64,000 bases of DNA, from the IMG/VR virus record IMGVR_UViG_3300032334_002567, positions 1 to 64,000 of that record, one strand, 5' to 3'. A program made the position numbers and the translations under genes. Below, piece after piece: positions 28,923 through 38,789 of this stretch (the first letter of the stretch is position 1; every line of letters starts with the position of its first letter). The notes under the pieces were generated by a model, which saw only the letters and a list, made by a program, of their open reading frames with translations, did no database searches and was not told the origin of the DNA.

Positions 28923-30686
28923 ATGACACCAATAGAATTATCTCCTACAGATACACCAACTCCAACACCAACGGATACTCCACCTACAGATACTCCTACT
29001 CCTACTCCTACTCCTACTCCAACACCAACGGATACTCCACCTACAGATACACCAACCCCAACACCAATTCCACCTACAGATACTCCTACTCCAACACCAA
29101 TTCCACCTACAGATACACCAACTCCAACACCAATTCCACCTACAGATACTCCAACTCCAACACCAATTCCACCAACAGATACTCCTACTCCAACTCCAAC
29201 GCCAATTCCACCAACAGATACTCCTACTCCAACTCCAACACCAATTCCACCAACAGATACTCCTACTCCAACACCAATCCCACCAACAGATACTCCTACT
29301 CCAACACCTACCAATACACCTACCAATACACCCACCAATACACCTACCAATACACCTACCAATACACCCACCAATACACCTACCAATACACCCACCAATA
29401 CACCTACCAATACACCTACCAATACACCTACCCCTACTCCAACTCCTGCTCCTCAATTAATTAAATCAGGAGAAATTGTTCTTCTACTTTCTGGTTCGGG
29501 TGTTACCAGTCCAGGTCAGTCTTTGGGTGGAGAACCTTCTAATACTTTTGTGTCTCAGAGACTTTTTTCAGATATATCTGCTGATCAGGCACAAGAAGGC
29601 AAGACAGACTACAGATGCATATACGTTAGCAATGCAAGTAACGAAGGAACTCTTTATGGTGCAAAAGTTTATATACTTTACAAAGAAACAAGTGACGTAA
29701 CAGTAAATTTGGGATTCGTGGCTAGAAATGAAGTTCAACAGATAATAATATCAAAAGTAAAATCCATATGCAGTGGTACTTTTAAAATAATATACACAGA
29801 CACTTATTTAGGAAATATACGACAACAAGTTACATCAGAAATAGATCTATTCACAGAAGCCGGTGAAGCAAAAAGCATTGAAGAGATATCTTCTTCTATA
29901 AAAGAAAAACTCTCAGAACTAAATGGTTTAGAAACTGTTAATTCTATTGATTCAATATCAGTAGGTGGAAGCCAAGATGTAGGCGAAGAACAAAACGTTG
30001 TAAACGAAAATAGTCAAACAAATTCGGGAAGTTCAAGTATTTCAGAATTCACTCTCAGACATTCCCCTATAACTAGTAATTCTATATCAGGAACAATATA
30101 CTTAAATAGCAACCCAATACAAACATTCGTAATGCAGGAATCCGGAACAAGCGGTGAATGTGGAATAAACTATAATTTAATCTTTACAAGTATAGGTTCT
30201 CAAGCAATAAAAGCAACTAGTGGAACAATAAATCTAACAAGTGGAAATTTGACTTTAAATTGGAACAATAGTTCTCCTGGTGTTAACTACGTACGGACTA
30301 ATTACACCTATAAAAACACTACCTTTACTTTTAATATAACTTTTCAAGGACAAGTAGGAAATCGTTTTAATGATGAATTGGCTGTTAGTGATGTTAATCT
30401 TGATTCAATAGAAAGTCCTACAATTCAAACATATAGATTGTTTTCAGGAGGACCTGTTAATACAGAAGCAGATATCATAGACGTAGAAACAACTACGCCA
30501 AATGGTGTAGAATTTTGTAGAAATACAAGTTGCTCAAGTGAAGGGTACGATAACGCTTTTTATCTAGGAGATCTACATCCTTTAGATGTAGCTCCTATTT
30601 GGATAGAAAGAATAGCACCAGCAGATTCAAACGCTATTGAAAATGATGGATTTACTTTAAAAATTGACGGCACAACTTCGAGATAG
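28923..30686 (+). CDS. Virion structural protein with an N-terminal mucin-like Pro-Thr tract
   Basis: ~170-aa PT/PTDT/PTNT tract; SLGG...LFSD...DYRCIYVSN and PIWIER tail-protein-like segments. Confidence 0.7.
   Translation: MTPIELSPTDTPTPTPTDTPPTDTPTPTPTPTPTPTDTPPTDTPTPTPIPPTDTPTPTPIPPTDTPTPTPIPPTDTPTPTPIPPTDTPTPTPTPIPPTDTPTPTPTPIPPTDTPTPTPIPPTDTPTPTPTNTPTNTPTNTPTNTPTNTPTNTPTNTPTNTPTNTPTNTPTPTPTPAPQLIKSGEIVLLLSGSGVTSPGQSLGGEPSNTFVSQRLFSDISADQAQEGKTDYRCIYVSNASNEGTLYGAKVYILYKETSDVTVNLGFVARNEVQQIIISKVKSICSGTFKIIYTDTYLGNIRQQVTSEIDLFTEAGEAKSIEEISSSIKEKLSELNGLETVNSIDSISVGGSQDVGEEQNVVNENSQTNSGSSSISEFTLRHSPITSNSISGTIYLNSNPIQTFVMQESGTSGECGINYNLIFTSIGSQAIKATSGTINLTSGNLTLNWNNSSPGVNYVRTNYTYKNTTFTFNITFQGQVGNRFNDELAVSDVNLDSIESPTIQTYRLFSGGPVNTEADIIDVETTTPNGVEFCRNTSCSSEGYDNAFYLGDLHPLDVAPIWIERIAPADSNAIENDGFTLKIDGTTSR
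28944..29453 (+). repeat. Compound coding tandem repeats: [11 protein letters not shown] units, then 10 x 12-bp PTNT units (29307-29426)
   Basis: Directly visible. Confidence 0.95.
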
Positions 30687-30693
30687 GTGAAAA

Positions 30694-30996
30694 ATGGAAT
30701 TCTGTCCTTTGAATAATAAAAATTGTGAAAAAGAAAAAATTATAAATATAATACAACTTAAAAAAGGAAAAATAAAAGAAATAAACGTCTGTAATGATTG
30801 TGTTTGTGATTATGCAGAAAATAATTTGTTAGATGATATTGGGCCTCTAAAAAACCTAGTAGAAACAATAGAAGAAAGCCCAGAATATAAACTGAGTAAT
30901 CTAAAAAACAAAATGGCTGCTGCTATAGAAATTGAAGACTATGAAGCAGCAGCCATTATCAAGAAAAAGATTGAAGATTTGACTAAAAAATCTTGA
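30694..30996 (+). CDS. Mini McsA-like protein (one Zn site plus UVR motif)
   Basis: C..C...IIQLKKGKIKEINVCNDC and LKNKMAAAIEIEDYEAAAIIKKKI. Confidence 0.7.
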   Translation: MEFCPLNNKNCEKEKIINIIQLKKGKIKEINVCNDCVCDYAENNLLDDIGPLKNLVETIEESPEYKLSNLKNKMAAAIEIEDYEAAAIIKKKIEDLTKKS

Positions 30997-31912
30997 CCCA
31001 TTCTTCCATTTTTCTGGGATCAATTATACCAAAACCTTCAAAGGCATGTTGGCCAGCAAATTGATTTGTAGATATTGTGTATTTCTTTAAAAAGTTTATA
31101 TAATCTTGAGCATTATTTAACTTTAGATCTAAACCCTTCTTCCTCTTGTAAGAAAGTAATAAACAACCTATACCAACAGCGAATGGATTAGCCATGCTGG
31201 TGCCAGAAAGTATTGCGTACCAATTTTTTGGAACCGTACTGAGTATTTTGACTCCCGGTGCTAGAAAGTCTAAATCAGGGCCTGTGCAGCTAAAACTAGC
31301 ACGATCAAAGCTCTCGTTTATGGCTCCTATTCCTATGGTTTCTGGATGGGCTGCTGGGTAAAAGATATTATGAGTCTTTCCCGCATTTCCAGCAGCACAC
31401 CAGACTACAACTCCTTTGGAAGATGCATACTTGATGGCATCGTGAAGAATTTTAGATGGATTAGGAGAACCTAAAGACATAGTTATAAAATCTACACCTT
31501 GATCCGCTGCCCAGATCACTCCATTTGAAACATCAGAAAGTTTTCCAGAACCTTTATTGTCTAAAACCTTAACAGGAACGACCTTTGTTTTTGGAGCTAC
31601 GCCTACAACACCTAGTTTGTTATTTGAGGCACATATAGTGCCCGTTACGTGGCTACCATGTCCTTGATCATCTTGAGGAGGCAACTTAGGATTAACAAAG
31701 TTTTTACCGGGAAGCAAATTATCAACTAGATCTTCATGTTCAAGATCAGCTCCTGTATCTAATACAGCTACAGTAACTCCTTCACCTTGAGTCCACTCCC
31801 AAGTTTTGGGAAGATTAAAAGCAGTTATTTCCCAACCAATTTTCTGTTCTACGTCTTGTACACTTAGAACCTCTTCTCTTTCATGAGGCAGTAGTTTTAT
31901 TCTTTTTGTCAT
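30983..31912 (-). CDS. Subtilisin-like S8 serine protease
   Basis: VAVLDTG, HGSHVTG, AAGN, SGTSMANP; GGAGG SD. Confidence 0.95.
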   Translation of the reverse strand: MTKRIKLLPHEREEVLSVQDVEQKIGWEITAFNLPKTWEWTQGEGVTVAVLDTGADLEHEDLVDNLLPGKNFVNPKLPPQDDQGHGSHVTGTICASNNKLGVVGVAPKTKVVPVKVLDNKGSGKLSDVSNGVIWAADQGVDFITMSLGSPNPSKILHDAIKYASSKGVVVWCAAGNAGKTHNIFYPAAHPETIGIGAINESFDRASFSCTGPDLDFLAPGVKILSTVPKNWYAILSGTSMANPFAVGIGCLLLSYKRKKGLDLKLNNAQDYINFLKKYTISTNQFAGQHAFEGFGIIDPRKMEEWVKIF

Positions 31913-32325
31913 ATTCCTCCTTGATTTGCAGTCACTCTCCAAGATCCATCACGATATTTAGAAACTATAAATTCAATTAATTGGCTCACTATAACACCTA
32001 CAATTATTTGTTTTACTACTGGTGTCAATGGTATCAGCCAAGCCGGAAAACTATTAGTAGCTACATAGTCAAAAATTTTAGAGATAACCAGTAGTACTAC
32101 GGCTTTCTTATCAGATCCTTTAGGTATGTTTTCTTGTACAAATAAAATTAAGTCATCTAAAGCACAGATTAAAAACTTAGTACACTCAGCAATTTGAGTT
32201 TGGTGGATCGTAAACCAAGATTTTTTTGGTGGGGCAGTTTCATCCCATTTTGTCTTCAAGTCTTCTAGATAAAAATCAAGCTTGAGCAAGACATCTTTAT
32301 CAATGTTTTCTACATTCATAGACAC
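31909..32325 (-). CDS. Hypothetical protein, possibly membrane-associated
   Basis: AGGAGG SD; hydrophobic C-terminal half; CATATATA upstream. Confidence 0.6.
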   Translation of the reverse strand: MSMNVENIDKDVLLKLDFYLEDLKTKWDETAPPKKSWFTIHQTQIAECTKFLICALDDLILFVQENIPKGSDKKAVVLLVISKIFDYVATNSFPAWLIPLTPVVKQIIVGVIVSQLIEFIVSKYRDGSWRVTANQGGI

Positions 32326-32363
32326 CTCCTTTTGTCTATTGTATATATGAAAATTAAAGCCAA

Positions 32364-32660
32364 TTATTCAGGCAAGCCAGTTTTTAAAAGTTTTTGTCTT
32401 TCTTTTGGAACTAATCGCTCATCAGCTTGATTAACTTTTGCAACATTATTTTTTATTCTTTCTGTCCAAGCTGAGACTTTTTCAAATGGTATATCTAATA
32501 AATCTGCAACTCCTTTAGAGTCATTTAGCAAAGAGAGAAAATCATCCCAAAATTCACTCCTAATGCCTATTCCGTTCCTAATTGCCGACATAGCAGAATC
32601 TTCAGAATTGTTTTCATCATCTTGTCTTACTTTTTCCCATAGTTTCTGAAAAGATTTCAT
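32364..32660 (-). CDS. Hypothetical protein with capsid-targeting-like N-terminus
   Basis: MKSFQKLWE. Confidence 0.6.
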   Translation of the reverse strand: MKSFQKLWEKVRQDDENNSEDSAMSAIRNGIGIRSEFWDDFLSLLNDSKGVADLLDIPFEKVSAWTERIKNNVAKVNQADERLVPKERQKLLKTGLPE

Positions 32661-32694
32661 TAAATCGCCTTTATTAATTTGAACTTTATTACCT

Positions 32695-32719
32695 TATTTA
32701 TACTTTATGTGCATAAATA
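32695..32719. promoter_or_regulatory. Divergent late promoter pair
   Basis: TATAAATA on the minus strand (32695-32702) and CATAAATA on the plus strand (32712-32719). Confidence 0.6.
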
Positions 32720-32724
32720 AATAT

Positions 32725-33600
32725 ATGAATTTTAAAGAGTGGCTAACAATTTTAGAAGCAACAGATTTGGAAACAGCTCCTAGTGAAGCCATCCATATTC
32801 ATAAGACCCATGATGGAGATGGAGGAACCCAATACGTAGCCACCTTTCAAATAAACAAAGGATCAGAAAGAGTAGGGTTTAAAGTAGCTGCAGAATTATT
32901 AGAAGATGAAAAAATTAGAAAAAGAGACCAAAATGGAAAAATCTATTCCATTCCTTTGAAAGGGGTTCTTTCTATAGTTTTTGGCCCCGACAAAGGATAT
33001 GGAGATCCTTCTTATGACGTTTCTAATATTTGGGGGTCTAACGCAAAATATATCTATACAAATGTAATGGTGGCAGTAAATAAAATTATTGATAGTGTGA
33101 CAGAAACTGATGTGGATGGCCTTGTTTTTACAGCCTATGATCAACGAACAGAACCAATATATCATAGGATATATTTAACGCAATTAAAACCAAGGGGCTT
33201 TATAAAAGTAGCTGACGATATGTATGCTAAGAAGGAAGTACTAGAGGCTGGGTTAAAAAAATTCCCTCCGGATGTTCAAGAATTTATAAAAAATGATGTA
33301 GAGTCCGCAGAGAGAAAGACTGTAAACAGATTAGATGCCGTGAGAAGAGAAAAAATAGAATCCAGACAAAAAACAGTACAAGCAGAAAATTTAAAAAGAT
33401 TAATTGGAAAAATAGTTTTATATAAAAATAATCCTAAGTTTGAGGGCACTGTATCTTCTGGATTGCTTTGGTCTGTGGATATGTCGCAGCACTATGCTTT
33501 AATAAAAAATAAAAAATTACCTGCGGGGCGTGAAGAAGATGCTTCATCGTGGTATGGTTCCATACAGGTTCCGGTAATGGATGTTATTGGATTAAGCTAA
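32725..33600 (+). CDS. Hypothetical protein with capsid-targeting-like N-terminus
   Basis: MNFKEWLTILEA. Confidence 0.65.
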   Translation: MNFKEWLTILEATDLETAPSEAIHIHKTHDGDGGTQYVATFQINKGSERVGFKVAAELLEDEKIRKRDQNGKIYSIPLKGVLSIVFGPDKGYGDPSYDVSNIWGSNAKYIYTNVMVAVNKIIDSVTETDVDGLVFTAYDQRTEPIYHRIYLTQLKPRGFIKVADDMYAKKEVLEAGLKKFPPDVQEFIKNDVESAERKTVNRLDAVRREKIESRQKTVQAENLKRLIGKIVLYKNNPKFEGTVSSGLLWSVDMSQHYALIKNKKLPAGREEDASSWYGSIQVPVMDVIGLS

Positions 33601-34346
33601 AAATTTTTCCAAATAACTTCTACTTTTTTTGTTTTACTCTTTATCTTTGATTTGCAAAAGTTCCAATTTTTATAAAGTCTGCTATAGAGGGGGGAAGTAG
33701 CTCCACTTATCACAACTTTGCCTCTAAAAGAATTTAGCAAATGTGACAATTGAATATGAGCATCTGTCGTTATTTCGGAACTATAAACGGTTTTACTCTT
33801 TTTATTTTCATAAAGATAAGGAGGACAACAATACAGCAGACTATCTGCAGAATTGAAAGTTGTAATTATTTCTAAAGGCTTATTGTTAAAGATAAAAACT
33901 TCTTGAAGACGGTCAGAAGTATCTTTCAAATCTTTTATAGATTCTTTCCAATCATCTGTACTAGATTTTGCAAATGTTTTTTTCAACTCTCCTCTACTCA
34001 TTTTTCTTAAAACATACTCATTCACAGCACCATCTAAATAGTCATCATTTGATTGCTTTTTTTGAAGCTTTAAAAAAGTATCTTCACAATACTTAAAACG
34101 AGTAAGCTTTTTAGTCATTTCCTTAGGCTCATCTCTTAGAGCTCTATAAACATCAATTAAAGAAGCATCGACGTAATTTAAAACTTCTAAGTAAGACTTA
34201 TTTTTTACGAAAAGAACATTGGGTTCAACACAATACGGCTCTACATAAACCAATTCACAATAGTTTTCTGGAAATTGTGATGCTATCCATTTAGCTAGTG
34301 ATCTTTTGCTGTTACCTGATTTTGAAATAGTCTTAAGCGTTTTCAT
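33597..34346 (-). CDS. Dam-like methyltransferase homologue with degenerate catalytic and SAM-binding motifs
   Basis: Dam layout (KRSLAKWI..FP, YVEP, EVLN, LSHLLNSFRGKVVISG, EVIWKNF) but CPPY replaces DPPY. Confidence 0.8.
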   Translation of the reverse strand: MKTLKTISKSGNSKRSLAKWIASQFPENYCELVYVEPYCVEPNVLFVKNKSYLEVLNYVDASLIDVYRALRDEPKEMTKKLTRFKYCEDTFLKLQKKQSNDDYLDGAVNEYVLRKMSRGELKKTFAKSSTDDWKESIKDLKDTSDRLQEVFIFNNKPLEIITTFNSADSLLYCCPPYLYENKKSKTVYSSEITTDAHIQLSHLLNSFRGKVVISGATSPLYSRLYKNWNFCKSKIKSKTKKVEVIWKNF

Positions 34347-34560
34347 TTTTTTCCTTAGTCGGACTGTATATCTCGTGTCCGCACACGCAACAAATAAACT
34401 CAAATGGTCCGTAACCAAGCTTAGAACCCTCCCAAAACCAACCGGCTTCGGAAATCTTGTCCCTACCACATTTTTGACAAAATACACTGATCTTCTGATT
34501 GTCAGTTTTTTGATGTGGATCTACCCAAAAGTAACAATCTTCTAGCATTTGTCGCTCCAA
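34333..34560 (-). CDS. Small Zn-ribbon protein
   Basis: CQKC...CCVCG. Confidence 0.6.
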   Translation of the reverse strand: MERQMLEDCYFWVDPHQKTDNQKISVFCQKCGRDKISEAGWFWEGSKLGYGPFEFICCVCGHEIYSPTKEKNENA

Positions 34561-34646
34561 CGTGCCTACATTATATTAGCGATATTCTTCAAATTCTAAA
34601 AAAGACCACTAAATACTACAGACAAATATTTAATTAGGAGAATAAA

Positions 34647-35063
34647 ATGGCTAATTCACTTTATGACATTGGAAGAAACGGATTTTTAAATGGCGATATA
34701 GATTTTTTAAATGACACAATAAAAATGGCATTGGTAAAAGATTCTTATTCTCCTGATTTGTCTATGGATGAGTATTACAGCGACGTATCCTCCAATATTA
34801 TTTCTACACCACAAGCACTATCAGGAAAAACCACAAGTGCGGGTGTTGCAAATTGCTCAGACGTAACTTTTACAGCAGTCCCAGCAGGGGCTCCCACGCC
34901 AAACACAATAGGATACATTTTAATATTTAAATACACAGGAAATGATGCCACATCTCCTTTAATAGCATTATATGATACAGCTTCCGGCTTACCTATAATT
35001 ACAAGTAATGCAGATATTACAATAAAAATTGATACGGGCGTTAATAAACTATTTAAGCTATAA
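34647..35063 (+). CDS. Phage tail-associated structural protein
   Basis: MANSLYD.GR..FL.GDIDF..DTIKMALV...DVTFTAV...SPLIALYD...GLPI; AGGAG SD; CTAAATA upstream. Confidence 0.7.
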   Translation: MANSLYDIGRNGFLNGDIDFLNDTIKMALVKDSYSPDLSMDEYYSDVSSNIISTPQALSGKTTSAGVANCSDVTFTAVPAGAPTPNTIGYILIFKYTGNDATSPLIALYDTASGLPIITSNADITIKIDTGVNKLFKL

Positions 35064-35118
35064 CATTTAACCACTAGATTTAATTTTAGCGATATACTAA
35101 AATAATCATGAGGCAAAA

Positions 35119-35517
35119 ATGAAACAAGAATGGTATGAAATAATAGATCTTTTTGGATTTACTTCAAGTTTAAGAGAAATGATAATAGAAGATTTCTACT
35201 CTGAGGAAGAGAAGTTTAAAAAAAATAAATTTGGTGGGCTATTTAAAGAACAAAAAGAACAAATAGAAAAAAGACTATCACTACAAGAGGCAGAAAACAT
35301 AGTTTCTTCTTTTGTAAAAACTAAAAAAGATAACCTTGGTAATCAATTCTATACTATTTCAAAAAAATCTCTGGCCAAAGCCCTTAAAGATTTAAATACT
35401 AGAATAACAAGTAATATATTAAAAGATTTAGTTTCCAAGGGTGTTATAGATACCGCTTATGATAATGAAAAAAATGATTTTATATTTTGGATTAAAGACC
35501 AAGATAATTTGGAATAA
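35119..35517 (+). CDS. Hypothetical protein
   Basis: 132 aa; winged-helix-like C-terminus. Confidence 0.6.
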   Translation: MKQEWYEIIDLFGFTSSLREMIIEDFYSEEEKFKKNKFGGLFKEQKEQIEKRLSLQEAENIVSSFVKTKKDNLGNQFYTISKKSLAKALKDLNTRITSNILKDLVSKGVIDTAYDNEKNDFIFWIKDQDNLE

Positions 35518-36589
35518 AAGATTCTTCTGCGGCCCAAATTAAACTATTTACAGCTCTAGAAGCGGCTGTATACGCCCAGCGGGTGTGGTCCCACTTGTTA
35601 CATCTTTGCTCAAAAACAATTAAAGAGCCAAATTGATCACCTTGTGCTTTATGACATGTTATACAATATGCATAGTCAAAAGGTTCAGATTCACTAGAGA
35701 AAGAAAATTTGTTAGTCTCTTGACCAAACTGGTCTGGATCGTATCTAATCTGTTCAAATTGCTGTCCATCGGAAATAAAATCAAAATGTTCATTTTTTCT
35801 AATTTTTGTAACAACACCCTGCATACCGTTGAATAAACCTTTTAGTCTATTGTTTTTAAGGCATATAATCTTCTCTCCAACTGCGACATATGTGTAGTGT
35901 ATATTCTTTTCTTTTCTAGCTCTTTCATTTACTATAACTCTAGTTTTGTTATAAGCACAAATTACTTGATCGACTAGAGCTATGTGCTTGTCTTCAACAG
36001 CATTATGTTTAACAACCTGTACCTTATGTGATCCTTTAAATAAAGTTGCCATCTTTCCTTGTCTTAGATGTTCTGCGAAGTGGGCTATTTCCCCTGCATT
36101 TCTGTGAACTGTTTCTAATTTATATTTGGGGTCTTTCATCAAGTTAAATTCTGTGCCGATTGGTTCTAATTGGCCGTGATCTCCAATATAGATGATTGGA
36201 AGACCAAAAGAACAAAGATCGTTATGAATTTCTTTACTAACCATTGATGCTTCATCAACAATAAACCCATCAATTATTCCATCAAAATAATCTCTCTCAA
36301 CTAATTGCCAAAAAGTTTCATCTTTTTCATCTTTAAAGGGCCTATAGATTGAACTATGAATAGTACAGGCCTTAGAAATACCCTTTTTTCTTAAAACATT
36401 TGCTGCTTTTCCCGTGTAGGCACAAGGGAGAAAATTTAGGTTCTTTTTTTCTAATATATTAAGAAGAACACGTATAAGAGTGGATTTACCAGTGCCTGCA
36501 TAACCGCCTAAAGTAGTAATTAGTTCGTTACTTATATCTTTAACAATATATCTAATAATATTTTTTTGTTCTTCGGTAAGCTGGGGCAT
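35492..36589 (-). CDS. SF1B helicase, Dda/RecD-like
   Basis: GYAGTGKST, TGKAA, DEASMV, GDHGQL, YCITCHKAQG, YTAASRA. Confidence 0.92.
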   Translation of the reverse strand: MPQLTEEQKNIIRYIVKDISNELITTLGGYAGTGKSTLIRVLLNILEKKNLNFLPCAYTGKAANVLRKKGISKACTIHSSIYRPFKDEKDETFWQLVERDYFDGIIDGFIVDEASMVSKEIHNDLCSFGLPIIYIGDHGQLEPIGTEFNLMKDPKYKLETVHRNAGEIAHFAEHLRQGKMATLFKGSHKVQVVKHNAVEDKHIALVDQVICAYNKTRVIVNERARKEKNIHYTYVAVGEKIICLKNNRLKGLFNGMQGVVTKIRKNEHFDFISDGQQFEQIRYDPDQFGQETNKFSFSSESEPFDYAYCITCHKAQGDQFGSLIVFEQRCNKWDHTRWAYTAASRAVNSLIWAAEESFIPNYLGL

Positions 36590-36609
36590 TTGCAGGCTCT
36601 GACTAGAGG

Positions 36610-36981
36610 TTATTGATTACGTTGCCTAGTTTGAACATAAAAAACATAAGATTTTTTCAGATTTCCAGCTTCAACCTGACTTGGCGATTGAGTTTCTCTA
36701 TATGAGACGACTAACTTCGTACTTTCTGTTTCATAAGCCAATATACTTTTTAATTTGCCTAAAACCGATGCTACAAATTCTGGTCTTCCTGTAATTCTGA
36801 TGCCGTCTTCGCCGTATGTTGAACCTTTGTGATCATAGCTTATCGGTGCCATTTGTATAGGGGAATCAATCCTTAGAGTTTTCCAAAAGTCAATAATTTG
36901 ATCTTTAGTCGCTCTCCATTCTGATTTTTTTCCCAATTCTTTTTGGGATTCTCTATCACTAATCCAATTTTTAAATTCCAT
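36610..36981 (-). CDS. Hypothetical protein with capsid-targeting-like N-terminus
   Basis: MEFKNWISDRES; CTAAATA 4 nt upstream of ATG. Confidence 0.65.
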   Translation of the reverse strand: MEFKNWISDRESQKELGKKSEWRATKDQIIDFWKTLRIDSPIQMAPISYDHKGSTYGEDGIRITGRPEFVASVLGKLKSILAYETESTKLVVSYRETQSPSQVEAGNLKKSYVFYVQTRQRNQ

Positions 36982-37001
36982 ACGATATTTAGTGTAAAAA
37001 C

Positions 37002-37036
37002 AAAAAAAATATAGAGTGGGTTTCCCCACTCTATAT
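37002..37036 (-). terminator. Intrinsic terminator
   Basis: ATATAGAGTGGG-GAAA-CCCACTCTATAT followed by a T run. Confidence 0.85.
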
Positions 37037-37286
37037 AACTATTCTTATCTTATGTGCATTCAAGGAAGTACGATAAAAACAGTAAAAAGGAACCTTTTGG
37101 AACTTTGCAATTTACTGTGGTTCGTATATATCCTGCCTATTTTTTTAGGTTTTTTCATTTTAAATTCAGCCAAACAACTAAGCTACCACGTTTGGTGGGT
37201 CGCCTCTATGCAATCCATTACATTAGATTGTTGTTTTTCCTCAAGAGTCCTTCTCTTGTTCTTTCAGAGTCTTCATTTCTTTTTCT
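37002..37286 (-). ncRNA. Candidate structured non-coding RNA, family unknown
   Basis: Late-promoter motif CTAAATA (37291-37297) at the 5' end, terminator at the 3' end, no substantial ORF on this strand, several nested stems. Confidence 0.45.
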
Positions 37287-37351
37287 ACTATATTTAGTAA
37301 AATGAAATTTAAATTGAACAAATATTTGGTGAAAAACGACTAAATATGAAT

Positions 37352-37660
37352 ATGATAACTTTTAAAGGGTTTTTAGAATCCAAAGTAATAATAGAAGCAG
37401 ACGCACCACCACCCGCTGGTGGGCCTCCAACGCCTCCCAGTGGTGGACCTGCCGCAGGAGGAGCCGGTGGCATATCTTCGCCTGCTTCATTGCCTGGTGG
37501 GCCTCCAATGCCACCTCCTGCTATGGGTGGAGGTATGGGAGGTGGTCCTGCTATGGGTGGGCCTCCAACAGGAGATGCATCAAGTCAAAATAAATCTATG
37601 AAATTAAAAGCTTATAACGTTTGGGACGTAATAGAAAAATTAATTACCAAAGATAGCTGA
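37352..37660 (+). CDS. Pro/Gly-rich protein with capsid-targeting-like N-terminus
   Basis: MITFKGFLESKVIIEA then PPPAGG repeats; CTAAATA 5 nt upstream. Confidence 0.65.
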   Translation: MITFKGFLESKVIIEADAPPPAGGPPTPPSGGPAAGGAGGISSPASLPGGPPMPPPAMGGGMGGGPAMGGPPTGDASSQNKSMKLKAYNVWDVIEKLITKDS

Positions 37661-37724
37661 TTCCTGCCTTGATTTTTTTCTAATTTTCTGAATAATCGAA
37701 CTCTCCAACAATTCAGGCAAATTT

Positions 37725-38789
37725 ATGAACAAAATTCTTTTATTTTCTGATATTCATATTTTCCCACACAAACGTAAAAATGAACGGCTAGAGGACTGCC
37801 TCTCTGCGTTGCGGTGGGTTTTTAAAACAGCCGAGTCTAGAGGGATTAAAAACTTACTTTTTGGCGGTGATTTTTTTCATGATAGACAAAAAATAGACGT
37901 ATATACCTATCAAAAAACCTTTGAAATACTCCAAGAACAAATGAATAATTCTGACATAGAATTGTTTCTTTTACTTGGAAACCATGATATATGGTTCAAC
38001 GATAATACAAGTATTAGCAGCGTATTCCCGTTATCTGCCCTAAGGGGTGTGCATTTAATTGCAAAGCCAGAAAGAATAAAAATAGAAGGACATAATTGGG
38101 ATTTTATACCATTCACACACAATCCAATAGAAGCATTAAAACAATTAAAAGAAAAAGACGGAAGTCCTGAGTTTGCATTGGGTCATATTGCAATAGATGG
38201 CGCAATATTACACCACAACCAATATTCTGATGTTTGCGTTGAACACGATGGGGACATGGTTCCTATTAACTCTTCCTTATTTGAGGAATATAAACACACA
38301 TTTCTGGGTCATTACCACGCAGAACAAAGAGTGAGCAAAAAAGTCGAATACATCGGCTCTCCTCTGCAACTTAGCTTTGGAGAAGCATTTCAAGAAAAGC
38401 ATATAATTATATTTGACGGTGACAAAAATGAAAGAGAATACATAAAAAATGAATTCTCTCCCAAACATCTAATTTTAAACATAGAAGAATGCAAAAACCA
38501 TTCTTTAGATGGTAATTTTGTTCAAATAAAAGTAGATGAAGATAAAATTGGAACAACAGACCTGATCGCCTTGAAAAAAGAACTAATACAAACAAATAAA
38601 ATTGGAAGTTTGGAGATCAGACATCAGAAGAAAAAAATAGAAGAGCATGTGATAAAAGACGCTAAAGCTATACTTCTTAAAGGAGAAGAAATGCTATCAA
38701 AATACGTAGAAGAAGTTGGTTCAAATGAACTAGACAAAAAAATACTAATAGAAGTAGGAAAGAAAATTTGCAGAAAGGCAGAAAAATGA
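37725..38789 (+). CDS. SbcD/Mre11 nuclease (T4 gp47-like)
   Basis: SDIH, GGDFFH, LGNHD, GH, LGHYH, YIGSPLQLSFGE. Confidence 0.93.
   Translation: MNKILLFSDIHIFPHKRKNERLEDCLSALRWVFKTAESRGIKNLLFGGDFFHDRQKIDVYTYQKTFEILQEQMNNSDIELFLLLGNHDIWFNDNTSISSVFPLSALRGVHLIAKPERIKIEGHNWDFIPFTHNPIEALKQLKEKDGSPEFALGHIAIDGAILHHNQYSDVCVEHDGDMVPINSSLFEEYKHTFLGHYHAEQRVSKKVEYIGSPLQLSFGEAFQEKHIIIFDGDKNEREYIKNEFSPKHLILNIEECKNHSLDGNFVQIKVDEDKIGTTDLIALKKELIQTNKIGSLEIRHQKKKIEEHVIKDAKAILLKGEEMLSKYVEEVGSNELDKKILIEVGKKICRKAEK

Noticed and set aside
28910-29456. Minus-strand ORFs of VGVL/GVGV and CIGR/CRWNW repeats
   Set aside because: Antisense shadows of the Pro-Thr coding repeat
37040-37290. tmRNA, RNase P or hammerhead identity for the ncRNA candidate
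   Set aside because: No tRNA-like ends or tag frame, no GAGGAAAGUCC, no CUGANGA core
37016-37305. Plus-strand 93-aa and 83-aa ORFs
   Set aside because: No RBS, Phe/Leu-rich antisense-type composition, one starts inside a terminator hairpin; promoter and terminator polarity favour the minus strand
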